Origin: Patescibacteria group bacterium | GTDB lineage: Bacteria > Patescibacteriota > Patescibacteriia > UBA10025 > JAHIVO01 | DNA length: 64,000 bases | Assembly (NCBI GenBank): GCA_049325535.1 | Contig: JBMOKY010000001.1 | Location: 557,942 to 621,941 of the forward strand | Direction of reading: 5' to 3' | Shown: positions 11,172 through 21,479 of the stretch, piece after piece | Numbering within the stretch: position 1 is the stretch's first letter | Layout: each line of letters starts with the position of its first letter | Notes under the pieces: generated by a model | Databases searched by the model: none | Seen by the model: only the letters and a program-made list of their open reading frames with translations | Told to the model about the DNA's origin: nothing | Made by a program: the position numbers and the translations under genes

Positions 11172-11691
11172 TTTATTTGCATTACTCATCATTTTTATTG
11201 CCCTCTGCTATCTTAGCTTCACCCAGACGTTCGATGTGCTGGACCTGCTCATCCATTTACCGCTCGTTCTTTCAGTATTTATAACCGTTTATTATGGGTA
11301 TGACCGAGGATACGTATTTGCGCTCGGCTCGGGAATTATTCTAGATATTTATGGATCCAGTATTTTTGGTACCTATACCATTGCCATGATACTGCCGGTG
11401 ATCGTTATATATAGCTCATTCCGTCGATTATTTGCTCGAAAATCTCTCTACTCGTTGATCGTATTGATGATGGCAAGCACCATCGTATACCACGCGACAG
11501 TATGGGCGCTGACTGTTTTGTACTTTTGGTTCGGATGGCGCGAATTTGGAGCCCCGTCATTAGTTTCGCTTGCGCCCGGTATACTGTATCAAACCGTTAC
11601 GCATATTATACTGGTCATCAGCTTATTCGGCGTATTTCGTATGGTGAGCGCTCGTTTTGGCGCTCAATTTAGATTAAGCCCCCGCGTCTAG
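11158..11691 (+). CDS. mreD: Rod shape-determining protein MreD
   Basis: Polytopic membrane protein with 'GIILDIY' between mreC and mrdA. Confidence 0.8.
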   Translation: MIKNSLFALLIIFIALCYLSFTQTFDVLDLLIHLPLVLSVFITVYYGYDRGYVFALGSGIILDIYGSSIFGTYTIAMILPVIVIYSSFRRLFARKSLYSLIVLMMASTIVYHATVWALTVLYFWFGWREFGAPSLVSLAPGILYQTVTHIILVISLFGVFRMVSARFGAQFRLSPRV

Positions 11692-11693
11692 CT

Positions 11694-13610
11694 ATGAACA
11701 ACCGACGTGACATTTTTGCCATCGGTGACGCTCACATGAAGCGAGTTTCACGACGATATACCCACACCGCATGGGTTGAAAACTCATATGCTCCAAATTT
11801 CGGTGAACATAGTTATATCTCTTCAAATTTTGACGTTGGACGGCTCCGTTGGGTATTTATTGCTGCCATCGCATTTTTCGGCATTTTAATTGTCCGTACT
11901 GGGTATTTACAGATCGTGGAAGGCGGTGATTTTCGCGCTGCAGCCGAGGAAAACCGCATTCGAATTCATGAAATTAAAGCACCTCGAGGTGTTTTGTACG
12001 ACCGTAACGGTGAAGTACTGGCCCATAATGTGCCCAATTTCATTTTAACCGTGACCCCGGCTGATTTACCACGAGAAGCCCAGGAGCGGCAGCGTTTGTA
12101 TGATACCATTGCGTCAACGACAGGAACAGATGTAAATGAAATCGAATTAAAAATTTCTGAACTGGATAAAAACTCATATTCAGCTTTTTCCATCATAGAG
12201 CACATACCATACGAAACGGCCCTTTTGCTGCAAATCACCAGCCAGTCATTACCTGGAATTGCCGTTCAAGCCGATACATTTCGCGAATATACAAAAGGTG
12301 AGTACTTTTCAAATGTACTTGGGTATTTAAGTAAAATCTCAAAACTCGAGCTGGAAACAAGACCCGACTACTTATTTGACGACGTGATTGGTAAGGCGGG
12401 TATTGAGCAGCTCTATGAATCCGACCTGCGCGGAACGTACGGAAAAAAGGAGGTTGAAGTAGATTCGCTCGGAAAAGAAAACTCCGTCGTCAGTGAGGCT
12501 TCTCCCATTCCCGGAAAAAATATTCACTTGACTCTTGATGCAGGACTGCAGGAAAGACTCGGCACAGCATTGCGAGAGGTTATCGATGCTCGACATGAGA
12601 GCTCTGGCGGCGCGGCGGTTGCCATGGATCCACGCACTGGTGAAATACTTGCTCTGCTCACGTACCCAACCTATGACAATAATGAATTTAATTCTGGTAT
12701 CGCTCCTGAACGCTACCAGGAATTGATTTCAAACCCAGATCAACCCCTTTTTAATCGGCCAATATCGGGAGAGTACCCGTCAGGATCTACCATTAAGCCG
12801 TTAATCGCCCTGGCAGGACTCGCCGAAGGTATCACCACACCGCAGACATCGTTTCTGAGCACGGGCGGTATTCAGATTGGACAGTGGTTTTTCCCTGATT
12901 GGAAGGCTGGTGGCCATGGTCAAACAAATTTAGCAAAAGCGCTGGCAGAGTCTGTTAATACATATTTTTACATGGTCGGTGGCGGTGATGAAACTCACGA
13001 GGGTTTGGGAGTCGACCGAATTCGGAATTATTTGGAATTATTCGGGCTGAACAATACGCTTGGCGTCGATTTGCCTGGAGAGTCAAAAGGATTTTTGCCC
13101 ACGAAAGAATGGAAAGAAGAAACCAAAGGGGAACGCTGGTATATCGGTGATACGTATCACTTGAGCATCGGGCAAGGCGATTTACTCGTCACACCACTGC
13201 AGGTGGCCACCTATACCTCAGCCATCGCCAATGGAGGTACGGTCTACCGTCCATACCTCGTCCGCTCCTTTACCAATACCCGTGAGGGAACGACCATTCT
13301 CGTTGAACCAACTATCCTACGTAACAATTTTGTCAGAGCCGACCATATTACCGCAGTTCAAAATGGCTTGCGCGAGGCTGTCCTATCGGGGAGTGCTCGC
13401 CGTCTTCAGGAGCTACCCGTCTCGTCAGCTGCAAAAACCGGTACCGCTCAATTTGGATCAAGTGAAAAAACACACTCATGGTTTACTGCCTATGCACCGT
13501 ATGAAAATCCGGAAATTGTTATTACGGTTATCGTCGAATCAGGCGGGGAAGGCAATGACTCAGCTCTCCCGGTGGCCCTTCAAGCCCTCAACTACTGGTT
13601 TACCCGCTAG
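11694..13610 (+). CDS. mrdA: Penicillin-binding protein 2
   Basis: 'APRGVLYDRNG', SxxK 'GSTIK', SxN 'SVN', 'KTGTAQ'. Confidence 0.95.
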   Translation: MNNRRDIFAIGDAHMKRVSRRYTHTAWVENSYAPNFGEHSYISSNFDVGRLRWVFIAAIAFFGILIVRTGYLQIVEGGDFRAAAEENRIRIHEIKAPRGVLYDRNGEVLAHNVPNFILTVTPADLPREAQERQRLYDTIASTTGTDVNEIELKISELDKNSYSAFSIIEHIPYETALLLQITSQSLPGIAVQADTFREYTKGEYFSNVLGYLSKISKLELETRPDYLFDDVIGKAGIEQLYESDLRGTYGKKEVEVDSLGKENSVVSEASPIPGKNIHLTLDAGLQERLGTALREVIDARHESSGGAAVAMDPRTGEILALLTYPTYDNNEFNSGIAPERYQELISNPDQPLFNRPISGEYPSGSTIKPLIALAGLAEGITTPQTSFLSTGGIQIGQWFFPDWKAGGHGQTNLAKALAESVNTYFYMVGGGDETHEGLGVDRIRNYLELFGLNNTLGVDLPGESKGFLPTKEWKEETKGERWYIGDTYHLSIGQGDLLVTPLQVATYTSAIANGGTVYRPYLVRSFTNTREGTTILVEPTILRNNFVRADHITAVQNGLREAVLSGSARRLQELPVSSAAKTGTAQFGSSEKTHSWFTAYAPYENPEIVITVIVESGGEGNDSALPVALQALNYWFTR

Positions 13611-13623
13611 CGAGTTTACGTCG

Positions 13624-13666
13624 TGTGGATAAGTGTCTTGACAGGGCGAGTAACATTGATTAGAAT
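13624..13666 (+). promoter_or_regulatory. sigma70-type promoter of greA preceded by a perfect DnaA box
   Basis: TGTGGATAA 13624-13632; TTGACA 13638-13643, 17 bp, TAGAAT 13661-13666. Confidence 0.65.
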
Positions 13667-13764
13667 AGTTCAGCATAATAAACATACATGGCAGGCAACT
13701 TGGATCCCATCACGATTCCTTTCGTGAGTGATTCATTTTAGTCTCACAAGCTAATGAACCTCGT

Positions 13765-14235
13765 ATGACAGTAGAACAAAATACATTCATCACCAAAAAA
13801 GGCCTAGAAAAATTAAAGGCTGAGCTTGACCAGCTTAAAAACGTTAAACGAGCTGAAATAGCAGATCGCATTCAAACGGCCAAAGAGCTGGGAGATCTAT
13901 CTGAGAATGCCGAATACTCAGAGGCAAAAAATGCGCAGGCTTTTGTAGAAGGTCGAATCATGGAAATTGAAACTATACTTCGAAGTGCTACCATCATAGA
14001 AAACACGCATAACGATCACGGTATTGTCCAGGTAGGTTCAAAGATTAAGATAAAAGACGATATAGGCGAACGAGAATACGTCATCGTGGGGTCAAACGAA
14101 TCCGACCCTGCATCAGGAAGAATCTCCAATCAATCGCCGATGGGTCAGGCTTTTTTGGGCAAAAAGAAAGGCGACGTCGTAGAAATTGACCTTCCGGTCG
14201 GAACAAAAAAAATTGAAATCGTTGCCATTCAGTAG
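13765..14235 (+). CDS. greA: Transcription elongation factor GreA
   Basis: 'GDLSENAEY', 'ISNQSPMGQAFLGKK'. Confidence 0.96.
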   Translation: MTVEQNTFITKKGLEKLKAELDQLKNVKRAEIADRIQTAKELGDLSENAEYSEAKNAQAFVEGRIMEIETILRSATIIENTHNDHGIVQVGSKIKIKDDIGEREYVIVGSNESDPASGRISNQSPMGQAFLGKKKGDVVEIDLPVGTKKIEIVAIQ

Positions 14236-14323
14236 GCCCCAGTGAACCATCCCGCCGTCAGTGGCAGGTTGCTGAGTGAGTATTTTTTTGGTATGATACC
14301 ACCATACTTTTAGCTTTTTGAGC

Positions 14324-15805
14324 ATGTCACGAAAAGAAGAAGAATATACAATTCGCTTGAAAAAAGCCGCAGCAGCCCGAAAGCAGGGGATTGACCCGTA
14401 CCCTGGCCGCGTGGAGCGTTCACACACGCTTATTCAGGTACGTGCGAGATTTGACGATTTAGAAAAGACGCAGTCACCTGTTCAAATCGTTGGTCGGCTC
14501 ATGACCATTCGGGCTCACGGTGGTTCCACATTTGCCACTATTGATGACGGGAGCTCTACTTTCCAAATTTATCTGAAGCGGGACACCATTGGAGAAAGTA
14601 TGTATCAGCAGTTTTCGGACATTTTTGATGCTGGTGATTTTGTTGGAGTGACCGGTACTCTTTTCCGTACCAAAAAGAATGAAATGACTGTTTTGGTAAC
14701 TGCGTGCACATTGTTGACTAAAACGCTGTTACCGCTGCCTGAAAAATGGCACGGGTTATCAGATATTGAGATTCGATACCGACAGCGCTATCTCGATCTA
14801 CTGAGTAATCCCGCTGTTCGAAGTATATTTATCAAACGGGCAAAGCTTATTGAAACTATTCGAAACGTAGTGACGGCGAATGGATTTATGGAAGTTGATA
14901 CGCCGATGCTCCAGCCACTGGCTGGTGGCGCTACCGCACGACCGTTTATTACTCATCACAATGCCCTTGATGCTGATTTGTACCTCCGCGTCGCCCCTGA
15001 ACTGTATCTCAAGCGCCTGCTGGTAGGTGGTTTTGAAAAAGTATTCGAAATAGCGCGCTGTTTCCGAAACGAAGGTATTGATCGGGATCATAATCCTGAA
15101 TTCACACAGATTGAACTATATGCGGCCTACTGGGATTATAAAAAAATGATGCAGTTCACTGAGGAGATCTTTGAAGCGGTTGTAATGGCGCTCCACGACA
15201 CGCTAATAATTCATACACATGATTTTGACATTGATTTTACCCCTCCCTTTGCTCGCCTGACTTTTCGTGACGCCATTTTGCAATACGCCCGAATTGATAT
15301 TGATGCCATGGATAAACCGACGCTGTTCCAGTCAGCCAGATCATTTGGTTTGGACATACCCACCCATGCCAGTAAGGCAAAGATTCTCGATGAATTATTC
15401 AAAGAAACGGTACGGAAAAATATTGTTGACCCGACGTTCATCATGGATTACCCCATCGAATTGTCCCCCCTGGCAAAAAAAATTCCGACACAGGAGCGAT
15501 ATGTGGAACGATTTCAGCTGGTGGCCGGGCATAGGGAACTGTGCAATGCCTTTACTGAACTGAATGATCCGGTGGACCAACGGGCTCGATTTGAAGAGCA
15601 GGAAAAAATGCGCGCTGATGGTGATGATGAGGCGCAACGGATTGATGAAGATTTTATAGAAGCGCTCGCTCACGGTATGCCGCCGACGGCCGGCATTGGC
15701 ATCGGTATTGATCGGCTTGCCGCATTGTTGACCGATTCACAAAATTTGAAGGAAGTGATTCTTTTTCCTACCCTCAAACCAAAGCAGAGTGATTATGAAA
15801 ACTAG
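14324..15805 (+). CDS. lysS: Lysine--tRNA ligase (class II)
   Basis: 'YRQRYLDL', 'LRVAPELYLKRL', 'FRNEG', 'GMPPTAGIGIGIDRL'. Confidence 0.97.
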   Translation: MSRKEEEYTIRLKKAAAARKQGIDPYPGRVERSHTLIQVRARFDDLEKTQSPVQIVGRLMTIRAHGGSTFATIDDGSSTFQIYLKRDTIGESMYQQFSDIFDAGDFVGVTGTLFRTKKNEMTVLVTACTLLTKTLLPLPEKWHGLSDIEIRYRQRYLDLLSNPAVRSIFIKRAKLIETIRNVVTANGFMEVDTPMLQPLAGGATARPFITHHNALDADLYLRVAPELYLKRLLVGGFEKVFEIARCFRNEGIDRDHNPEFTQIELYAAYWDYKKMMQFTEEIFEAVVMALHDTLIIHTHDFDIDFTPPFARLTFRDAILQYARIDIDAMDKPTLFQSARSFGLDIPTHASKAKILDELFKETVRKNIVDPTFIMDYPIELSPLAKKIPTQERYVERFQLVAGHRELCNAFTELNDPVDQRARFEEQEKMRADGDDEAQRIDEDFIEALAHGMPPTAGIGIGIDRLAALLTDSQNLKEVILFPTLKPKQSDYEN

Positions 15806-16349
15806 AGAGGAAGCACTCGCTCTGCTCAAGCAGTACGTTGCCAATGAAAATTTACGCAAACACATGTACGCTGTCGAGGCGGCCATGCGCGCGTATGCTC
15901 AAAAATTTGGAGAGGACCCGGACTGGTGGGGTTTGGTCGGACTACTGCATGATTTTGATTATGAACGGTATCCTGACCTGAAAGATCACCCCTTTCGCGG
16001 TGCTGAAATACTCCGCATCGAAGGCTATCCTGAAGATTTTATTGAAACAATTTTAGCCCACGCAGCCCATACCGGCAAACCACGCGACACTCAGGCAAAA
16101 AAGACGATTTTCGCAGTTGATGAACTGTGTGGCCTGATAATCGCCGTAGCCCTGGTTCGGCCAAATAAAAGGCTTATTGAGGTAGAGGTGTCTTCAATAA
16201 AGAAAAAAATGAAAGACAAAGCATTTGCCCGTCAGGTAAATCGTGATGAAATCAAACAAGGAGCCGAGGAGCTCGGCGTTTCACTCGATGACCATATACG
16301 CACTGTACTGACCGCACTCCAGTCTATACATCAAACTTTAGGATTATAA
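15795..16349 (+). CDS. HD-domain metal-dependent phosphohydrolase
   Basis: 'H...GLLHDFDYE', 'AVDELCGLI'. Confidence 0.88.
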   Translation: MKTREEALALLKQYVANENLRKHMYAVEAAMRAYAQKFGEDPDWWGLVGLLHDFDYERYPDLKDHPFRGAEILRIEGYPEDFIETILAHAAHTGKPRDTQAKKTIFAVDELCGLIIAVALVRPNKRLIEVEVSSIKKKMKDKAFARQVNRDEIKQGAEELGVSLDDHIRTVLTALQSIHQTLGL

Positions 16350-16358
16350 TACAATACT

Positions 16359-16838
16359 ATGCCTCTCACCCTGACCACTACCGACATCGTAATCCGTATT
16401 CTTCTTTCGATTTTATTGACCGGCTTAATCGGCATCGAACGAAAGTTTTACCATAAACCAGCTGGCCTCAGAACTAATATTCTGGTTGGTTTAGGCTCGA
16501 CCGTATTGATGTTGATTTCAATCTCGGCAATTATTCAGTACGACCCAAACCACGTCACTGATATTACTCGCATCGCCGCCCAGGTAGTCACCGGCATCGG
16601 TTTTTTAGGCGCTGGGGCGATTATACAGGGACGCGGCTCAATCCATGGGCTTACCACCGCAGCCACTATATGGGTGGTCGCCGCAATCGGCATGGCCGTC
16701 GGGCTTGGCTTATACCTGATATCGATTTTTGGCACGCTTGGCGCCTTAATGGTTTTAGTAGTTCTCGGACGGATTGAGTATCGCATGGAACACCGGCACG
16801 ATAGCGTAGACACTCCGACTGACCAATCTGGACAATAA
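16359..16838 (+). CDS. MgtC/SapB family membrane protein
   Basis: 'IGIER', 'AGLRT', 'RIAAQVVTGIGFLGAG', 'GLTTAATIW'. Confidence 0.93.
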   Translation: MPLTLTTTDIVIRILLSILLTGLIGIERKFYHKPAGLRTNILVGLGSTVLMLISISAIIQYDPNHVTDITRIAAQVVTGIGFLGAGAIIQGRGSIHGLTTAATIWVVAAIGMAVGLGLYLISIFGTLGALMVLVVLGRIEYRMEHRHDSVDTPTDQSGQ

Positions 16839-16850
16839 TAGTATTTTTCT

Positions 16851-18122
16851 ATGCTCGACATAAAAAAACTACAAAAAGATCCCAAGGGCTATGAGAAATT
16901 GTTAGCTTCACGTGGTGAGCAATATCCAGCCTTGGTGAAAAAAACCGTAGCTGCCCACAGTGCATTTGTCGAAGCGCAGCAGGCTATTGAAACTATCAAA
17001 GCCAAAAAGAATGCTTTTTCCCGGACCATAGCCCAGTTGTCCCACGCTGAAAAAGCGACAAAGCTCAAGGAGCTTGCCCAGCTGACCGAGCAGGAAAAAG
17101 AATTGACCATTCGCCACGAAATTGCCCACAAAGAGATGCATGAAGCACTCCGGGTCATCCCAAATATTCCAGCTTCGGAAACGCCGGTAGGGAAGAGTGA
17201 TGCGGATAATACGGTTATAAAGACGGTCGGGGATCCGCCAATGTTTTCGTTTGACCCACTTGATTATGTCACCCTCGCAGAACGACATAAGCTCATTGAC
17301 ACCGAACGTGCGGCAAAAGTAAGCGGTTCGCGTTTTGGCTATCTGCTTGGGGATGGCGCATTACTCTGGAACGCACTTGTCCAGTACACTCTTTCCGTCA
17401 TAACTCGAAAAGGATTTATTCCTTTTTTCTCACCTGTACTGGTCCGTGCCGAAGTGATGCGCGATTCGGGTTATGATTCCTATGTCGAAGGTGGCGAAGC
17501 CTACTACCTCAAAGATGATGATTTATACTTGGTCGGTACCGGCGAACACGCACTCTTACCATTCCATCGCGACGAAATACTCTCAGAAGACACTTTACCG
17601 CGAAAATACACTACCTACTCCAGCTGCTTCAGGCGAGAAGCTGGGAGCTACGGGAAGGACACCAAAGGAATCCTCCGCGTTCACCAGTTTGAGAAGCAGG
17701 AAATGGTAGTTCTGTGCACGCCTGAAACGTCAGATACCACTTTTGCGGAACTCGTCGCCCTGCAGGAACACATAATCAGCGGACTTGGACTGCCATATCA
17801 TTTATTGGCAGTATGCACTGGTGATTTACCTCGACCTTCGGCCCAAGTTATTGATTTGGAATGCTGGATCCCCTCAGAGAAAAAGTATCGCGAAACGCAC
17901 TCGGCTTCAAACTGCACTGACTATCAGGCGCGAGACAACAACATACGATACAAAGGTGCTGCCGGAACCCAATTCGTCCATATACTAAATGCCACAGCGA
18001 TAACTCCTCGGACACTCATAGCCATCCTGGAAAATTATCAATTGCCTGACGGTTCTATCGGTATTCCGACCGTGCTTCAGCCGTACTTGAATGGTAAAAA
18101 GATTATTTCCCAAAAAGACTAA
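16851..18122 (+). CDS. serS: Serine--tRNA ligase
   Basis: 'CFRREAGSYGKDTKGILRVHQFEK', 'SASNCTDYQAR'. Confidence 0.97.
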   Translation: MLDIKKLQKDPKGYEKLLASRGEQYPALVKKTVAAHSAFVEAQQAIETIKAKKNAFSRTIAQLSHAEKATKLKELAQLTEQEKELTIRHEIAHKEMHEALRVIPNIPASETPVGKSDADNTVIKTVGDPPMFSFDPLDYVTLAERHKLIDTERAAKVSGSRFGYLLGDGALLWNALVQYTLSVITRKGFIPFFSPVLVRAEVMRDSGYDSYVEGGEAYYLKDDDLYLVGTGEHALLPFHRDEILSEDTLPRKYTTYSSCFRREAGSYGKDTKGILRVHQFEKQEMVVLCTPETSDTTFAELVALQEHIISGLGLPYHLLAVCTGDLPRPSAQVIDLECWIPSEKKYRETHSASNCTDYQARDNNIRYKGAAGTQFVHILNATAITPRTLIAILENYQLPDGSIGIPTVLQPYLNGKKIISQKD

Positions 18123-18126
18123 CACC

Positions 18127-19266
18127 ATGAACCGCAGACTATATCCGAGCTGGGTGGAGATCTCCCGTAGCGCGATTCGGCACAACCTCCGGCAACTCAA
18201 AAAACTGATCCCGCAATCAAGCAAATTCATGGCGGTGATAAAAGCAAATGCCTACGGCCATGATATGAAACTCATGGCACCAGTTCTCGCTTCTATGGGC
18301 GTGCGGTGGTTTGGGGTAGCCAGCCTGGAAGAAGCCTTGGCACTGCGACCCCTGGTTAGCCATTCAACCCGCATACAGGTACTTAGTTACTACCGCGATG
18401 ACCTACTCACAACCGCTATCACACGCCAAATTCGGCTCACCGTATATAGTTACGATGCGGCACGCCGCATTAATTCCATTGCCCAGCGTCACCACACACG
18501 GGCGTATCTCCACCTCAAAGTTGATACCGGTACTTCACGTTTGGGTGTATTACCAAATGAAGTGGTCGCGATTGCCCAACACATCCGGGGATTATCGCAT
18601 TGTGTATTAGAAGGCATTTTTTCACATTTAGCTGACGCGGAAAATCCCAATCAACGAGTCACGCAAACGCAGCTACGAGTATTTACCCGTGTATTGGAGA
18701 GTCTGACAAAAAATGGCCTGACCATTCCGATTCGCCATATCGCATGCTCTGCTGCGACTATACTCAATAAAAAATCCCATTTTGATATGGTGCGTATGGG
18801 AATTTCACTATACGGCCTGTGGTCAATAGAAAGCTCTAGAACGCATGTACATCCAGGCATTACACTCAAACCAGCCCTCTCCTGGTACGCCCGCATTATT
18901 CAGATAAAACGCCTCAGCCGCGGCACAGCAATCGGCTATGGTCAAACATACCGCGTCAGGCGACCAATGACCATCGCGGTATTACCGGTCGGGTATTGGG
19001 ACGGCTATGACCGCCGCCTTTCAAACAAGGGATACGTATTGATCAAAGGAAAAAAATGCCCTATTCGCGGTCGGATATGTATGAACCTATGCATGGTAGA
19101 TGTCAGTTCCATCCCGGATATACGGGCCGGTGACAAGGCAACTCTGATTGGGTATAATAATAATAAGCATATTTCCGTCGAAATCCTGGCAAACCTGATG
19201 GGAACTATTAACTATGAAGTAGTAACTCGGATCAACCATTCCATTCCACGCATACTAACTTCATAA
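18127..19266 (+). CDS. alr: Alanine racemase
   Basis: PLP lysine 'VIKANAYGH', 'KVDTG', 'GRICMN'. Confidence 0.95.
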   Translation: MNRRLYPSWVEISRSAIRHNLRQLKKLIPQSSKFMAVIKANAYGHDMKLMAPVLASMGVRWFGVASLEEALALRPLVSHSTRIQVLSYYRDDLLTTAITRQIRLTVYSYDAARRINSIAQRHHTRAYLHLKVDTGTSRLGVLPNEVVAIAQHIRGLSHCVLEGIFSHLADAENPNQRVTQTQLRVFTRVLESLTKNGLTIPIRHIACSAATILNKKSHFDMVRMGISLYGLWSIESSRTHVHPGITLKPALSWYARIIQIKRLSRGTAIGYGQTYRVRRPMTIAVLPVGYWDGYDRRLSNKGYVLIKGKKCPIRGRICMNLCMVDVSSIPDIRAGDKATLIGYNNNKHISVEILANLMGTINYEVVTRINHSIPRILTS

Positions 19267-19274
19267 TAAAACCT

Positions 19275-19487
19275 ATGCCAAACGGCTCTATGTATGATAA
19301 GGGTGACACCGTACCCGAAACAGGTGAGTATGTATGCTCACCCTGCGGGTATCGCCATCAATACCAGGCCGGGGAACACTTCGGTGAGTGCACATCGTGC
19401 TTGTCAGGCACGGATGACGGCCATCCTGAGTATGTCGACGGATCGGGCCTCTGGGAAAAAGCGATCGATACACCTATCACTGAATAA
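19275..19487 (+). CDS. Small zinc-ribbon protein (YjzC-like)
   Basis: 'GEYVCSPCG...ECTSC' two CxxC pairs; fills the alr-ddl gap. Confidence 0.65.
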   Translation: MPNGSMYDKGDTVPETGEYVCSPCGYRHQYQAGEHFGECTSCLSGTDDGHPEYVDGSGLWEKAIDTPITE

Positions 19488-19498
19488 CTACACGACTG

Positions 19499-20626
19499 AT
19501 GAATGGTCACATCAAACTCCGTATCGGGGTGCTGTTCGGCGGACGCTCCGGAGAGCATGAAGTTTCGCTGGTTTCGGCAAAATCAGTTATTGGCGCGCTG
19601 GATCAATCACGATATGAGATAGTACCCATCGGGATAACGAAGGAAGGTCGCTGGATTGCTGGTCCTGATGCGCTGAGGTCTCTCACGTCAGCGAGGCAAA
19701 CGCTGCGTCCATCCGATGCCATCATCACCCCGGACGCTACCACACATGCGCTCACCATGCTCAGAAATGATGGACACGGGGAACAACCGCTCGACGTCAT
19801 ATTTCCCGTGCTCCATGGCACCTATGGCGAGGATGGGACGATACAGGGACTCCTTGATTTGGCTGACCTGCCGTATGTTGGTTCAGGCGTGCTCGGATCG
19901 GCTGTCTGCATGGATAAAGTTATCCAGAAGCAAATCTGCTCTCACGAACAGCTGCCGACGGTACAATACACGCATACGACTCGACATGAATATAGCAATG
20001 CACCGGATGATGTACACCGACGCATCACGCCACTTGGATACCCACTCTTTATCAAGCCTGCCAATCTCGGATCATCAGTCGGTATCTCAAAAGTCCACGG
20101 ACCCGATGAGCTAGCCGCAGCTCTCGATCGGGCATTTGGCTATGATCATAAAGTAATCATAGAAGCGGCAGTGCCCAATGCCATGGAAATAGAGGTGGCT
20201 CTTCTGGGCAATGAAGACCCGCAAGCATCGGTTGCTGGGCAAATCATCGCTTCTAACGAGTTTTATGATTATGACGCTAAGTATGTAGATGGCGCCTCAC
20301 GCGTGATAATTCCCGCACCACTGACCCCGGCGTTGTCAGATGCCATCCGAAGTCTGGCGGTAAAAGCATTCACCGCCTGTAATTGTGCTGGCATGGCACG
20401 TGTCGATTTTTTGATTGATGAAAAAAAGCAGGAAATTTTCCTCAATGAGATTAACACCATACCTGGATTTACCAGTATATCCATGTACCCCAAACTGTGG
20501 CAGGCCACGGGTGTATCCTACGGCCAGCTGCTCGATCGACTGATTGAGCTGGCAATCCAGCGCCATGAACAAAAGCGCAATCAAAAAACTTCATATAACC
20601 CTTCTTCGGAGTGGTTCCAAAAATAA
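19499..20626 (+). CDS. ddl: D-alanine--D-alanine ligase
   Basis: 'GGRSGEHEVS', 'HGTYGEDG', 'GSSVG', 'NEINTIPGFT'. Confidence 0.96.
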   Translation: MNGHIKLRIGVLFGGRSGEHEVSLVSAKSVIGALDQSRYEIVPIGITKEGRWIAGPDALRSLTSARQTLRPSDAIITPDATTHALTMLRNDGHGEQPLDVIFPVLHGTYGEDGTIQGLLDLADLPYVGSGVLGSAVCMDKVIQKQICSHEQLPTVQYTHTTRHEYSNAPDDVHRRITPLGYPLFIKPANLGSSVGISKVHGPDELAAALDRAFGYDHKVIIEAAVPNAMEIEVALLGNEDPQASVAGQIIASNEFYDYDAKYVDGASRVIIPAPLTPALSDAIRSLAVKAFTACNCAGMARVDFLIDEKKQEIFLNEINTIPGFTSISMYPKLWQATGVSYGQLLDRLIELAIQRHEQKRNQKTSYNPSSEWFQK

Positions 20627-20627
20627 T

Positions 20628-21476
20628 ATGACGTATGTACGGCGCCACTATCGGGGAGGGGAGTCAACAGGACCGCACCAGAATCCGATTCATACGCGAC
20701 CAAACTGGCAATCATATGTGATAGCTCATTTTAGTTTTTTTGTCTGGCTCATGATCCTCTGCGTTCTGACCGTCTCGTATTTTCTTTTTTACAGTAATAC
20801 TTTTCGTATTACACTTGTCCGGGTCGTAGGGACTAGTGCGAGCACTGCGCACGAATTATACCGTGATATCATCCAGCCTCAACTCAGTGATCATCGATTA
20901 TTGATTATTCCCCAGTATTCGACCACAACGTTTGACAGCCAAAAACTCGAATCCAGCATTGCTGCTGCATATTCTGTGGAGGATGTATCCGTAAAAAAAA
21001 GCCTGTTTCAAAAGAAACTTACCATTACTATCGTTGAAAAACCACCAGAAATAATATGGTATTCAAATTCCACTTACTATTACGTCGACTACAAGGGTGA
21101 TATTGCCCAAATAGTTACCGACATATCTGCCGTCAGCGACCAATACGCCCAGGTAATCGACCAGTCAAATTCACCGGTTTCCACACAGCAGCACATACTG
21201 GATGACGACCGAATCGTATTTATACGAGATTGTTTTACCCGGATGAAAAATTTTAGTGAGTTGCCAATATTTAATTTTTCCCTTGCAAATAATCTTTCGA
21301 CGCAGCTGATTGTTCACATCACTGACAAACCTTTTGTGCTATACCTTGACATGAGCGCCTCCCTCGATACGCAGCTGCTCAAGCTAGAACGTGTTCTCGC
21401 CGACGATACATTGACTGCAAAAAATCCCCAGGAATATATCGACCTTCGCATCGGTGATAAAGTGTATTTTAAATAA
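20628..21476 (+). CDS. FtsQ/DivIB-like cell division protein
   Basis: Single TM, POTRA-like segment, C-terminal 'EYIDLRIGDKVYFK'; follows ddl. Confidence 0.7.
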   Translation: MTYVRRHYRGGESTGPHQNPIHTRPNWQSYVIAHFSFFVWLMILCVLTVSYFLFYSNTFRITLVRVVGTSASTAHELYRDIIQPQLSDHRLLIIPQYSTTTFDSQKLESSIAAAYSVEDVSVKKSLFQKKLTITIVEKPPEIIWYSNSTYYYVDYKGDIAQIVTDISAVSDQYAQVIDQSNSPVSTQQHILDDDRIVFIRDCFTRMKNFSELPIFNFSLANNLSTQLIVHITDKPFVLYLDMSASLDTQLLKLERVLADDTLTAKNPQEYIDLRIGDKVYFK

Positions 21477-21479
21477 TCC

